Below, in pieces: positions 36,865 to 47,296 of a DNA stretch of 62,567 nt. Source of the DNA: a virus (taxonomy: Duplodnaviria > Caudoviricetes); IMG/VR virus record IMGVR_UViG_3300042924_005627, positions 1 through 62,567 of that record. The stretch is one strand, 5' to 3'. The notes beneath the pieces were generated by a model that saw nothing but the letters and a program-made list of their open reading frames with translations, was not told where the DNA came from and searched no databases. A program made the position numbers and the translations under genes. Position 1 is the stretch's first letter. Each line of letters begins with the position of its first letter.

Positions 36865-37389
36865 TTAAGATTTGCTCCAGGCTTTGTGATTAGGGAAAGA
36901 TTGACCTCTCATATCAACAAATTTTTCAGTGGGTAATAGTGCAACGGAGGGCCAATCTTTTTCTGGAATTCTTAAAAATCCTCCAGCGACTCCAGAAAAA
37001 AAGTAACGATGAATAGTATTACGAGGTATACCTACGGTATCTGACTTATTTATTAGGCTTTTTGCAAGGCCCTCCCTATATTGCCTTCCAACATAATGTA
37101 AATTTATTCCAATAAAGTAGTTTTGACTATAATTAACCTCTGTAATATACACGAGTGGTTGTCTATCAAAGAAGGTAAGTTCTCTAGTACTTGCTCCATA
37201 AATGAAGAAATACATTCTTCCAACTTCAATTCCACCAGTATCCTGTAAGTTTATATCTATTTCTTGAAGTTCACCCAATACTTGTCTAAGTCTACCAGAA
37301 TACCAATCTCCACTACGATTTTTCTTTCCGGCTTCTTTTATGATTTGATCGCCAATACCTTTTCCCTTTTCATATGGAATGTCTTTCAT
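36865..37389 (-). CDS. gp2: DNA end protector gp2-like protein
   Basis: G.MYFF.Y.A.....FD..PLV...F.GINLHY; position next to gp4. Confidence 0.7.
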   Translation of the reverse strand: MKDIPYEKGKGIGDQIIKEAGKKNRSGDWYSGRLRQVLGELQEIDINLQDTGGIEVGRMYFFIYGASTRELTFFDRQPLVYITEVNYSQNYFIGINLHYVGRQYREGLAKSLINKSDTVGIPRNTIHRYFFSGVAGGFLRIPEKDWPSVALLPTEKFVDMRGQSFPNHKAWSKS

Positions 37390-37829
37390 ATTCCTAGATC
37401 CTCTTCGGTCATGATTCGGAACTCATAATTGCGATCTGCACAGAATTCTTTCGCTGCTTTCCATTTTGCTTGATTTTTAACCCAAGTTTGGACCTTGTAT
37501 GCCCATGCTTTTGTTCTTCTCTTAGGGTTTTGTTCTGGCATTTGTAATTCTTTCTTGGGTTTTATTTCAATCACCACTGTTCGGGTATTTCCGTTTTTAT
37601 CTTTATACTTTACAAAGAAATCTGGAAAGTAACGATGAACTTTGTTATCCAAAGGAGAAAGATAAGGAATCCAAAATTCCTCAGATTGCCATTGATTCAC
37701 ATTTTCATTTAAGTCACAATATCTCATGAACTTTCTTTCCCACAAAGAACGATAGACAATATTTGTGGGATCACCTTTATATTTTCTGGGGTTTTCTGGT
37801 CGGTATTTTCCCTTATAACTCATATACAT
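37386..37829 (-). CDS. gp4: head completion nuclease gp4
   Basis: YKGKY.P.NP.KYKGD...YRSLWERKFM, RYFPDF, EIKP, NQAKW.AA. Confidence 0.93.
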   Translation of the reverse strand: MYMSYKGKYRPENPRKYKGDPTNIVYRSLWERKFMRYCDLNENVNQWQSEEFWIPYLSPLDNKVHRYFPDFFVKYKDKNGNTRTVVIEIKPKKELQMPEQNPKRRTKAWAYKVQTWVKNQAKWKAAKEFCADRNYEFRIMTEEDLGI

Positions 37830-37848
37830 ACTATAGATCCTTAAGTAA

Positions 37849-37856
37849 TATTTATA
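37849..37856 (-). promoter_or_regulatory. late promoter for gp4-gp2-gp48-gp53
   Basis: TATTTATA on + strand = TATAAATA on - strand. Confidence 0.7.
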
Positions 37857-37857
37857 G

Positions 37858-38826
37858 ATGGCTGAACCATTTAGGCCAGATTTTCCTTCAAACGAGTATA
37901 GAATAGATCCAATCTATACAAGGATGACTCTGCCTAGAAATACTAATGATGGTCGTGCGGCTTTACCTGGAGTTAGTGAATTATTTGGTGAACTATCTGT
38001 TACAAGCCAATTTAAAGTTACTTTATTTCTTGGCGATACATATCCAATTACAAACTCAGATTCCGATATTAATGCTTGGTTAGTTACTTGTGGAGTTTTG
38101 GGATCAAACCTATTCAATGGCAATACTTCGTATTTAAATTCTCTTCGTTATGAATTTATGTGCAATGAAACTGCTCTTCCAGGAGCATCATTTAGTATGT
38201 TCGAAGAGACTGGAAGTAGACAAGGAGTTGTGGAAAGATTTCCAAATCGGAGAGATTTTCCAGAAGTCACAATGACATTCTATGTTGATGCAGAATATGG
38301 TATTATTCGTCTATTTGAAGAATGGATGAATTTTATAAATCCACTCTACAATACAAAAGGTAAACTAGCATCAGGTAATCCTAGAGGTGGAGTTGGGCAA
38401 TTTGATTCAGAACAATTCTTTAGATTTAGATATCCAAAAACATATAAGAGAGATTTAGCGATAACTAAATTTGAAAGAGACATTTATGTAGATCCAAATA
38501 CTGCAAATGTCACAAGAACTCCTTCAATGATGACTTATAAATTTATCAATTCATTCCCAACAAATTTAACTGCATTACCAGTCACTTATGAAGGTAGTAC
38601 AATTACAAAAACGACAGTAAGTTTCAATTATGATCGTTATGTAATTTTAAATCACTTCGGAACTGGACAGAATAATTATGAAAATCCATTCATAACTGAT
38701 GGTGGAGAAAATATAAGCCTTACAACTCCATCTATTTCTTGGGGTAATGCTCCAGAATACTTTACAAATCCAACATATGGAGTTAACTCTGGGATTGATC
38801 TTTCTCCGTCTTTTAAACCACTCTAA
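37858..38826 (+). CDS. tail tube initiator (gp19/gp54-like)
   Basis: C.E..LPG, TFYVD...FE.WM..I, Y.F...FP, V.F.YDRY. Confidence 0.75.
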   Translation: MAEPFRPDFPSNEYRIDPIYTRMTLPRNTNDGRAALPGVSELFGELSVTSQFKVTLFLGDTYPITNSDSDINAWLVTCGVLGSNLFNGNTSYLNSLRYEFMCNETALPGASFSMFEETGSRQGVVERFPNRRDFPEVTMTFYVDAEYGIIRLFEEWMNFINPLYNTKGKLASGNPRGGVGQFDSEQFFRFRYPKTYKRDLAITKFERDIYVDPNTANVTRTPSMMTYKFINSFPTNLTALPVTYEGSTITKTTVSFNYDRYVILNHFGTGQNNYENPFITDGGENISLTTPSISWGNAPEYFTNPTYGVNSGIDLSPSFKPL

Positions 38827-38852
38827 ATAAATTTAATTGATTATATAATTAT

Positions 38853-39581
38853 ATGCCATTACCTAAGATTGCCACACCAACTTATGAGCTCAAATTGCCT
38901 TCTACTGGAAAACCTGTAAAATATAGACCATTTCTAGTAAAAGAAGAAAAAGTTCTAATTTTAGCTTTAGAAAGTCAAGACATTAAACAAATTACTTTAG
39001 CGATTAAATCAGTTCTAAAAGATTGTATTTTAACAAAAGGAATCAAAGTAGAAGAGTTGCCATCTTTCGACATTGAATATATTTTCTTAAACGTTAGAGG
39101 AAAATCGGTAGGAGAATCTGTAGATTTAATTGTAACTTGTTCTGATGATGGAACCACCGAGGTTCCCGTTAAAATTTTTGTAGATGAAATCCAAGTCCAA
39201 AAAGATGAAGAACACTCTACAGAAATAAAAATTGATGATCAAATCATGATTAAAATGAAATATCCTTCATTGGATCAATTCATTAAAAATAATTTTGATT
39301 TTACAACTCAAGAGTCTGTATCAACGATTGAAAAGTCCTTTGATATTATCTCTTCTTGTATTGAATCTATTTTTACTGCAGAAGAAGCTTGGGCAGCTGC
39401 AGATGTAACTAAAAAGGAATTGATTGAGTTTATTGAAAGTATGAACGCAGATCAATTTAAAAAGATTGAAAAGTTTTTTGAGACAATGCCCAAATTGTCT
39501 CACACTTTTACAGTAGTAAATCCAAATACTAAAGTAGAAAATACGGTAACTCTGGAGGGACTAACCAGTTTTTTCGGCTAA
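38853..39581 (+). CDS. gp26: baseplate hub subunit gp26
   Basis: MPLPKI.TPTYEL.LPS.GK..KYRPFLVKEEK.L, FDIEYIFL..RGKSVGE; CTAAATA late motif at 38823. Confidence 0.93.
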   Translation: MPLPKIATPTYELKLPSTGKPVKYRPFLVKEEKVLILALESQDIKQITLAIKSVLKDCILTKGIKVEELPSFDIEYIFLNVRGKSVGESVDLIVTCSDDGTTEVPVKIFVDEIQVQKDEEHSTEIKIDDQIMIKMKYPSLDQFIKNNFDFTTQESVSTIEKSFDIISSCIESIFTAEEAWAAADVTKKELIEFIESMNADQFKKIEKFFETMPKLSHTFTVVNPNTKVENTVTLEGLTSFFG

Positions 39582-39583
39582 TC

Positions 39584-39769
39584 ATGGCTCATATTGATCT
39601 TGAGTCATATTTCCGTATTAACTTCGCTCTCATGCAGTTCCATAAATACTCTTTGACAGAGATTGAAAATATGATGCCTTGGGAAAGAGATATCTATCTC
39701 ACCCTGTTGAAAATGCACATTGAAGAAGAAAACTTAAAGGCACAACAGGCAGCAAACCGTGGCAGTTAG
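39584..39769 (+). CDS. gp51: baseplate hub assembly catalyst gp51
   Basis: NFALMQ.HKYSLTEIENMMPWERDIY. Confidence 0.9.
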   Translation: MAHIDLESYFRINFALMQFHKYSLTEIENMMPWERDIYLTLLKMHIEEENLKAQQAANRGS

Positions 39770-41537
39770 TTCACTACTCAATCCATCTAGTATTGTTAGA
39801 GAAAGACCAACGACGGCTGCAGCTGTTCAGAATTTTATTACTGGTGGATCTCCTCTTGGTGAGGGAGTTGTTGCTAGTGCTGCTAATAAAATTGTTGGAT
39901 TTCAAAGAGGTGCTGCTGGAGTTGCGGCAAGACCACCAGATTTAAACTCTATTATTCAAACATTATCATCAAACATTTTAACTAATGTTGAAAATAGAGT
40001 ACAATCAATAAATCAAAATGTAACTCAAGTAGTTAATCAAAAAATTGCTGGATTAGAAGAAAAGTATAATAATAGATTAGATAAAGTTGATTCGGCAAAA
40101 CCAAATTCAATTTTACAAAATTTCTTAAATTTATACAAAGAAGCTTTAGGTTATATCCAATTTCTTGGAAATAGAAAAAATGTAAGGACCCTTGGAGAAA
40201 ATCTTAAAGCACTTCAAAGTGTATTCACAGAAACTTTTAATGTTGCTAAGATTATTCGTCAAACAATTGTAAGGATAGTAAAACAACTTTCAAATTTACC
40301 TACTGCAACTGCTGGTGGCGGTGGATTAAATTTAGACATTGATATTCCTGGAGGGGGACTCAGAAGAGGACCAATGGGAATGCTCTCCAAAGCATTGAGA
40401 GGTGGGGGTAAAGCAGGTTTGATGTTGGGTGGTGCTGCATTAGCTGGTGGACTTGGATCTAAAGTAGTAAGTGGAATGTTGGATGTCGGTGGAGATGTTC
40501 AAGCCGCACCAATGACTGAAGGAGCTATACCTGGAATCCTATTAGATAGGTTTAATTCCATTTTAGATAGATTTTCTTCAGCTATTAGTTCATTATCAAA
40601 TGTTAAAAAATCTCAACCAACTTCTGGTGGTGGAGTATCTACTATTGGATCAAAACCTAAAACAAAAGAAGGTAAAACTGGTGGAGCTCCTGCAGCTGCG
40701 GCAACATCTGCAATAAGCTCTGCACCAGGAGATGAAAAACTAGCAGCATTTGTTGCAAGTATGGAGGCAGCATCTCCAGAAAATGCTGCTGATGCGATGC
40801 AAGTGATGTTAAATCGTTCAGCTTCGGGTAAATATGGAAAAGGATTAGCTGGTGTTTTATCTGGATATGATCAGTTTTCTCCAATATCTGCAGCAATTTT
40901 TGGAAAAAGTGCAGATCCAGCCGCTGCAGCAAAATATGGACCAATTGCTGCAAAATTACCTGGGAATACTCCTCAAGAAAAATTTCAATATCTACAAAAA
41001 GTTTCTGCTGAACCCGATGGTTTAAATAAACTTCAACAAATTTTTGGTGGTGGGTCCGCTGGTGTTGCTGCAACAATATTAAATGATCCAAAATACTTGG
41101 AGGCTTCAAGGCAAAATGTCAAAGGTGCTTTAAATTTTTATGGTGGGCGTCAAGCACAATCAGGAGATATTCAATTTAGATCTGGTGGAAATTGGTTCTA
41201 TAATTTTGGCGGAAAAATAGGAACATTAGGAACACAACCAAAACCTGTAGCTACAACAGCACCATCACAAGTCTCTCCAGCGCCAGTTCAACAACAGACA
41301 CAACAACAAATTGCACAAACAGTATCACAACCACCAGTTCAACAGACACCCCAAGTAAATATTGCTCCCCTGAATGTCGCTGCACCACAAGCACAATCTA
41401 CAAAAGTAGGGGAAACAATGGCTCCTCCACCTGTAATGAGTAAAGGTGGAGTTACTGTCCCATTTTTATCATCATCAAATCATGATAATTTCCTCACACT
41501 ATATTCTAAAATGGTGTACAACATTGTAGACGGATAA
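39759..41537 (+). CDS. tail structural protein with SleB-like cell-wall hydrolase domain
   Basis: Helical Gly/Ala-rich N-terminus; ASMEA...QVMLNR...V....QFSP. Confidence 0.6.
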   Translation: MAVSSLLNPSSIVRERPTTAAAVQNFITGGSPLGEGVVASAANKIVGFQRGAAGVAARPPDLNSIIQTLSSNILTNVENRVQSINQNVTQVVNQKIAGLEEKYNNRLDKVDSAKPNSILQNFLNLYKEALGYIQFLGNRKNVRTLGENLKALQSVFTETFNVAKIIRQTIVRIVKQLSNLPTATAGGGGLNLDIDIPGGGLRRGPMGMLSKALRGGGKAGLMLGGAALAGGLGSKVVSGMLDVGGDVQAAPMTEGAIPGILLDRFNSILDRFSSAISSLSNVKKSQPTSGGGVSTIGSKPKTKEGKTGGAPAAAATSAISSAPGDEKLAAFVASMEAASPENAADAMQVMLNRSASGKYGKGLAGVLSGYDQFSPISAAIFGKSADPAAAAKYGPIAAKLPGNTPQEKFQYLQKVSAEPDGLNKLQQIFGGGSAGVAATILNDPKYLEASRQNVKGALNFYGGRQAQSGDIQFRSGGNWFYNFGGKIGTLGTQPKPVATTAPSQVSPAPVQQQTQQQIAQTVSQPPVQQTPQVNIAPLNVAAPQAQSTKVGETMAPPPVMSKGGVTVPFLSSSNHDNFLTLYSKMVYNIVDG

Positions 41538-41540
41538 TAT

Positions 41541-43499
41541 ATGGCAACTCCAAAAAAAGATACTCCATTAAAGTCACCTTTAGTATCTGCTTTCAATAAC
41601 ATTGTTAATATTAATCGTTCAAAATCTCAGATGAGGTCAACTCAGACTTCATATAATGAATTTTTAAAATTCATGACAACTGAGGTAAAAAATATTGAAG
41701 CGATTAAACTTCCTGATGAAAAAAAGATAAAAAAACTGGCTAATATCAACGTATCTTCAACTTTTGGATCCGCAGGAAGTTTACTATCTGGTTTAGCTAG
41801 TGGTGCATTAGACGCTGCAGGATTGGTTGGAGATTTATTTGGAGGAAAACGAGGTGGAGGAGGCGGCCGAGGAGGTAAAGGAGGAAAACCAAAGGTAAAT
41901 CCAAAAGCCGGAAAACCAATTCCAAAAGGAAGAAGAATTAGACTTCCTGGAGTTAGAGGATTACCAATTTTATCTGCAGCTTTAGCTGGGTTAGATTTCG
42001 CAGAGGGAATCTCTCAAGGAGAATCTACAGGTAAAGCAGCTGCAGGTGCAGGAGGAGCAGCAGTTGGTGCAGCCGCTGGAGGACTTGCTGGGGTAGCATT
42101 GGCTGGAGCAATTGGTCAAACTTTAGTTCCTATACCTGGACTTGGCTTTGTATTGGGAGCCGCGGTTGGTAGTTTAGGAGCATTTGGTGGAGGTTATTTA
42201 GCTGATAGAGCATACGAAAAAGCAACTAGTGAAGGAAGTGTAAAGGAAAAACAAAAAATAAAGTTAAAACAACAGGAACAAAAACAAAAAGCTACAGCCG
42301 CAGCTAAAACATCAGCTACATTACCACAAGTATTAGATAAGTTTGACAACGTAGTTACTAAATTTGAAAAATCAATTTCACTTGGAACTTTTGGATCTTC
42401 ATCTGACACCCAATATGAAGAAGTATCCATGGAAGTTATGGAAAATGACAACTATGGTGAAAGAGATTTAAGTCCAAGTGGTCTCCAAGGCACTATGCAA
42501 GATCTTGAAGCTTCTGGTGGATCTTTACCTAGTTCAAAATTAGGTTCTAAGTATGGAATGAGATTTCACCCAATTTATAAAGTGAATAGAATGCACAATG
42601 GTAACGATTATCCGATGTCAGAAGGAACTGCCATTAGTGTAATTCAACCTGGAAAAGTTGCAAATGCTGGATTTGTTAATAATGGATATGGCAATCAAGT
42701 AAAAGTTGACCACCCTGGAGGAGTTAGTAGTTTTTATGCACATTTGAGTTCTGTGAATGTTTCAGCTGGACAAGACATCACTCCAGGTACGGTTATAGGA
42801 AAAGTAGGAACCACAGGTTCTTCAACAGGACCACACCTACACTTCGAAGTAGATGTTAATGGAAAAACAACTGATCCAACTCCATATCAAGATAAAATCT
42901 TTAGATTTGGTGGGAATGTAAAAGTTAAACCATCAACTAAACCTCAACAAAACATGGCAGGTCAACCTGTCTCAACAGAACAACCAAGTCAACCAGATAA
43001 ACCACAAACTCCTACTGCAACTGCTCGTCCAAGTGCGGACATGATGAAAAAATTCCAAATGGCATGGGACAATAGAAACAATCCTCTTGCAAGAGGTAGA
43101 ATCGAATCTGCTTGGAGTGAAATGACATCAGAACAACAACAACAAGCAAAAACATGGGCACAGTCAAAAGGTTATGATTGGAATGAAATGAAATTGAAAG
43201 AAAAACCTTCATCTCTTCAAGCTGCTGCAAATGCGTCAATGATTGTTCCAGTTCCATCGATGCAACAAAACATACCTGAACAAATTCAACAGTATCCAGA
43301 TTATAATTTACCACAATCAAGTGTAACTTTAATGCCAATTCTTATAGGTGGTGGAGGTGGTGGATCTCAACAAAGACCTATGGTTATTGCTGGAACTGGT
43401 GGTGGAGGAGGGACAACAATTATGCCGCCAATTCCTGAAGGTCAGGTGTTAAATAGTTTATTTAAGACCATCTTGTTAACAAACTTGTCGGGAACGTAA
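41541..43499 (+). CDS. tail structural protein with M23 peptidase domain
   Basis: HNGND (HxxxD), GYGN, YAHL, TG.STGPHLHFE. Confidence 0.85.
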   Translation: MATPKKDTPLKSPLVSAFNNIVNINRSKSQMRSTQTSYNEFLKFMTTEVKNIEAIKLPDEKKIKKLANINVSSTFGSAGSLLSGLASGALDAAGLVGDLFGGKRGGGGGRGGKGGKPKVNPKAGKPIPKGRRIRLPGVRGLPILSAALAGLDFAEGISQGESTGKAAAGAGGAAVGAAAGGLAGVALAGAIGQTLVPIPGLGFVLGAAVGSLGAFGGGYLADRAYEKATSEGSVKEKQKIKLKQQEQKQKATAAAKTSATLPQVLDKFDNVVTKFEKSISLGTFGSSSDTQYEEVSMEVMENDNYGERDLSPSGLQGTMQDLEASGGSLPSSKLGSKYGMRFHPIYKVNRMHNGNDYPMSEGTAISVIQPGKVANAGFVNNGYGNQVKVDHPGGVSSFYAHLSSVNVSAGQDITPGTVIGKVGTTGSSTGPHLHFEVDVNGKTTDPTPYQDKIFRFGGNVKVKPSTKPQQNMAGQPVSTEQPSQPDKPQTPTATARPSADMMKKFQMAWDNRNNPLARGRIESAWSEMTSEQQQQAKTWAQSKGYDWNEMKLKEKPSSLQAAANASMIVPVPSMQQNIPEQIQQYPDYNLPQSSVTLMPILIGGGGGGSQQRPMVIAGTGGGGGTTIMPPIPEGQVLNSLFKTILLTNLSGT

Positions 43500-43500
43500 T

Positions 43501-44799
43501 ATGTCTAATGCATTAACTACATTAAAATACAATGCAGTAATAATTGAATCTTTAGAGACAAAGAATAAGATTGATTTGACTAATTCTATTGCATTCATTG
43601 ATTACTTTGAAGATATATTGTCTCCATGTGTCACAATGACGATTCAAGTTGCGGCTACTTATACGATATTCAATAGTCTCCCAATTAGAGGGGGAGAAAA
43701 AGTCGCTGTTGACGTTGAAACTTTAAGTGGAAATTTTTTATTAGATGGTGATTATGCAATGTATGTTTATAAAGTAAGTGGAATCGTTTCTGATGGGACT
43801 AAAGAATATTTCACTCTTCATTTATGTTCTCGTGAAGCACTTACAAATGAAACTGCTAGGGTACAGAAAAAGTATGATAAAAAACCAATTAATGATCATG
43901 TAACTGCAATACTTAAAGATGTATTGAAAACAAAAAAATTTAAGAGTAGTAACATTGAAAAAACATCAAACTCTTACAGTTTCATTGGTACACTCAAAAA
44001 ACCTTTTCATATTTTAACTTGGTTGGGCCCTAAGGGAGTGCCTGCAACAGCATCATCTGGAAATAATGGAACAACTGCAAAAGGAGTTGCTGGTTTTTTG
44101 TTCTATGAAAACAAGGATGGGTTTCACTTTAGAAGTATTGATACTTTAGTTTCAGCAACAAAATCTCAAAGTGGAAGTACATCAAAAGAATCTATACCAA
44201 AATATAATTACAATCCTGGAATAATAGAGTCTGGAAATTTAAATAATAATTTTCAGATTTTGAATTATAATTTTGAGAAAAATATTGATTTAATGAAGTC
44301 TCTTAGAGTAGGTATGTATGCAAATATTACATATTTTTATGACTTATATCAAAATAAAATCAGCGGAATTACTTATAGTTTAAACTCAGAACTTAAATCT
44401 AAACTTGGTGGTTCTAAACCACCATACCCTAAAGATTTTGGTAATAGACCTTCTAGAATTCTCTTTAGATCTGCAGATGTTGGAATTTTAGATAAAACTG
44501 GCAAAATAGAAGATTCGGGTAGAGATAACACAGATATGGCTAAATCTTTTTCTCGTTATAATTTGTTGTTCACTCAGTCACTAAATATGGCAGTACCAAT
44601 GAACATCAATTTGAAAGCCGGAAACATAATTTATGCACAATTTCAAAAAATTGATGCATCTCAATCTGCCGAAGTAGATTCTGAACAAAGTGGAAATTAT
44701 TTAATCAAAGAAGTCCGACATCACTTTGAGGGTGGTCAGATGGTATCGTCACTAAAACTCGTTAGAGACTCCTACGGATTATACGGAGCAAAACAATGA
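43501..44799 (+). CDS. baseplate hub-like tail protein
   Basis: YFEDILSP, F.FYEN.DGF.F.SID, SG.YLI....H.F...L.RDS.G; precedes gp5. Confidence 0.7.
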   Translation: MSNALTTLKYNAVIIESLETKNKIDLTNSIAFIDYFEDILSPCVTMTIQVAATYTIFNSLPIRGGEKVAVDVETLSGNFLLDGDYAMYVYKVSGIVSDGTKEYFTLHLCSREALTNETARVQKKYDKKPINDHVTAILKDVLKTKKFKSSNIEKTSNSYSFIGTLKKPFHILTWLGPKGVPATASSGNNGTTAKGVAGFLFYENKDGFHFRSIDTLVSATKSQSGSTSKESIPKYNYNPGIIESGNLNNNFQILNYNFEKNIDLMKSLRVGMYANITYFYDLYQNKISGITYSLNSELKSKLGGSKPPYPKDFGNRPSRILFRSADVGILDKTGKIEDSGRDNTDMAKSFSRYNLLFTQSLNMAVPMNINLKAGNIIYAQFQKIDASQSAEVDSEQSGNYLIKEVRHHFEGGQMVSSLKLVRDSYGLYGAKQ

Positions 44800-45008
44800 A
44801 CAACATAGACGCGCATATCGCAAAAGATAAAGAAATTCTTGACAATCCTGTTACTTCCCCACAAGCGAGAAGACATACTCAAGAAGAACTAGAAGCCCTA
44901 GAGACATATAAAGCAAATCATCCAAATGATGATCATGATCCAACTCCACTAGAGTTGTATTGTGATAGTAATCCGGGTGCTGCAGAATGTAAAATTTACG
45001 AAGACTGA
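44796..45008 (+). CDS. cp12: Calvin cycle inhibitor CP12 (C-terminal Cys pair only)
   Basis: DPTPLELYCDSNPGAAECKIYED. Confidence 0.92.
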   Translation: MNNIDAHIAKDKEILDNPVTSPQARRHTQEELEALETYKANHPNDDHDPTPLELYCDSNPGAAECKIYED

Positions 45009-47293
45009 TGATAGACGAAGCTTTTATAAAATCTAATTTTTTAGGTAGAGACGGATTCGTTTGGTGGATTGGTCAAATTGCTGATCCAAAAGTTTGGCGT
45101 AATGAAAAAACTCGTATTGATAACGGAACATCGGCCTGGGGATATAGATGCAAAGTAAGAATCATCGGATATCATAGTTTTGATAGAAATGAATTAAAGG
45201 ATGATGATTTGCCTTGGGCTCATGTCTTAACTAGTGCATCAGATGGAGCTCCAGCTCAAGGTGGTTTTGGTAAGTTACCATTGCTTGTTGGTGGAGAATC
45301 TGTATTTGGATTCTTTTTGGATGGAGAAGAAGCTCAACAACCAGTTGTAATGTCATGCTTCCATAGAAGCCCAGTGGTTGAAAATGTCCCCAATCCTAAC
45401 CCATTTGATCCATTTCCAGGAAGTTCTGGAAATTTGGCAAAAGGACCACAAGCAACAAGAAATAAAGGTCAAGATGATGGAACTGCGAAAAGAGTTGATG
45501 AAAAACTTGGGGCTGGATCCCAATTTGAAATGTTTGCAAATCCACAATTTGGTGCAGCAACAACAAAAAGTTTAGATCTAAGTCCTGGATTTGCTCCACT
45601 CACATCAGATACTACTGCTAAAGCAGGTGCAACATTTGGAAATCCAAAGATTCCAAGAGATCAATTATTTTATGACGAAAAAGCAGAAGTTGCATTTTTA
45701 TCAGAATTTGATAAATTAGGAAATGTTGAAACTGAAAATGGATGCGGAAATAATATTTTAAGTCAGATTACAAACTCTCTACAAAGTTTTATTAAAACTG
45801 TTAATGGACTTGAAAAAACTGCTTTAGGATTTATAGATCCAATTAGAAATGTTGTAGTAGATGTTCAACAAACTGTTAGATCTGTCGCTAGACTTGTTGC
45901 ATCTGTTATGAAATTTGTAATTAATGGGATGCGTGATAGTATTTTTTGTTTGGTTGGAAAATTATTCAAACTCCTCTCAATAACACTACCATCTTCAATT
46001 AAGTTACCTATTTCTGAAGCTGCTAAAAATATTTTAAATTTGATTTTTTGTCTCTTTGAGAAATTATTTGGCCCTCTCATGGATTTTATTATGGGCCTTT
46101 TGAATGGACTTATTGGAAAAAGTCCCAACATACCGCTTTGTGCAATAGAAGAAATCACAGCTTCTTTAGTTAATAAGTTAGCAGATATGGCTGACAATGC
46201 ACTATCTGCTATTTTAAGTGGATTGGATTGGTTAGCTAGTGGAATTAGTTCAATTGCTGGTGCTTTGACTGATGGATTAAGTATGATTAGTAAAATCCTA
46301 AGTTTCCTAGATTGTGATTCTTTGGCTTGCAGAAGCACTACATCTTGGAATCCTTTCAGTGGATTATCTTTCCCCAAATTAGATAGTTGGAATAATGTTT
46401 TGGGTAATATGGATATCCTAAGTGGACTTGGTGGAGCTAATCAAGCTTTGGGATATCTGTCAATGTTTGGATCTTCAGATACTCCATTTAGTAACTGTAG
46501 AAAGAAAATCACAAATCCACAAACACAAGATGATCTTGCTCCTATGCCAATCGGAGTTAAATTTTATGATTGCATTCCACCGGAAGTTAGAATTTATGGT
46601 GATGGAGTTGGAGCAAGGGCAAAAGCTGTAGTATCTGAAAAAGATGGATCAATTTTAACTTTCTTGTTATGTGATCCGGGTAAAGGATATACATATCCAC
46701 CAGAAATAAGAGTTGTAGATAACTCTAATTATGGAAAAGGAGCTCAGGCAAAGACTACCATTTCTAATGGTGGAGTAGAATCAATTTATATTTTGAATCC
46801 AGGAAGTGGATACTGTCAGACTAATTTAGGTGAAGAAACTACTGGCGGCGGTGCAGGTGATCCGAGTTTACCGCCATGTTTAGATATAGGTCAGGGACAA
46901 TTATCTCCAGTTGTTGTTGGAATTAACACTAACATAATAATAGAATCTCCAGGAATAGGATATACTTTTGGAGATACTATTCAAGTTGGAGACAATACTG
47001 TTTATAAACCAATTCTTACTGATAATGGTTCCATTATTGGAATAGAATTGCCAACTGGTCTTGTTCCAGGCGTTGGAATAGGACTAACTCCACCAACAGG
47101 AGCAGTTGACGGAGGTGGAGGTACACAATTTGGAGAAACCTTTGCAAACACTCCTACAGTCACCATAAATACTACAACAGGAGAAGGTGCTGTTCTTTAT
47201 CCAGTTATTCAGTTTGTACCGCAATTTATTGTTGACAACCCTGATCTGAATGTTGGTATTACTTCCATTGTAAACGTAGTAGATTGTGTGTAA
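45008..47293 (+). CDS. gp5: baseplate hub/needle protein gp5 (OB fold; no lysozyme domain seen)
   Basis: F.WWIGQ, R.KVRI.GYH...DLPWA, V.GFFLDG..AQQPV. Confidence 0.88.
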   Translation: MIDEAFIKSNFLGRDGFVWWIGQIADPKVWRNEKTRIDNGTSAWGYRCKVRIIGYHSFDRNELKDDDLPWAHVLTSASDGAPAQGGFGKLPLLVGGESVFGFFLDGEEAQQPVVMSCFHRSPVVENVPNPNPFDPFPGSSGNLAKGPQATRNKGQDDGTAKRVDEKLGAGSQFEMFANPQFGAATTKSLDLSPGFAPLTSDTTAKAGATFGNPKIPRDQLFYDEKAEVAFLSEFDKLGNVETENGCGNNILSQITNSLQSFIKTVNGLEKTALGFIDPIRNVVVDVQQTVRSVARLVASVMKFVINGMRDSIFCLVGKLFKLLSITLPSSIKLPISEAAKNILNLIFCLFEKLFGPLMDFIMGLLNGLIGKSPNIPLCAIEEITASLVNKLADMADNALSAILSGLDWLASGISSIAGALTDGLSMISKILSFLDCDSLACRSTTSWNPFSGLSFPKLDSWNNVLGNMDILSGLGGANQALGYLSMFGSSDTPFSNCRKKITNPQTQDDLAPMPIGVKFYDCIPPEVRIYGDGVGARAKAVVSEKDGSILTFLLCDPGKGYTYPPEIRVVDNSNYGKGAQAKTTISNGGVESIYILNPGSGYCQTNLGEETTGGGAGDPSLPPCLDIGQGQLSPVVVGINTNIIIESPGIGYTFGDTIQVGDNTVYKPILTDNGSIIGIELPTGLVPGVGIGLTPPTGAVDGGGGTQFGETFANTPTVTINTTTGEGAVLYPVIQFVPQFIVDNPDLNVGITSIVNVVDCV

Positions 47294-47296
47294 ATC

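Noticed and set aside
32901-37829. Minus-strand block as an invertible element
   Set aside because: No recombinase or flanking inverted repeats; this gp53-gp48-gp2-gp4 orientation is what I recall as usual for cyanomyoviruses.
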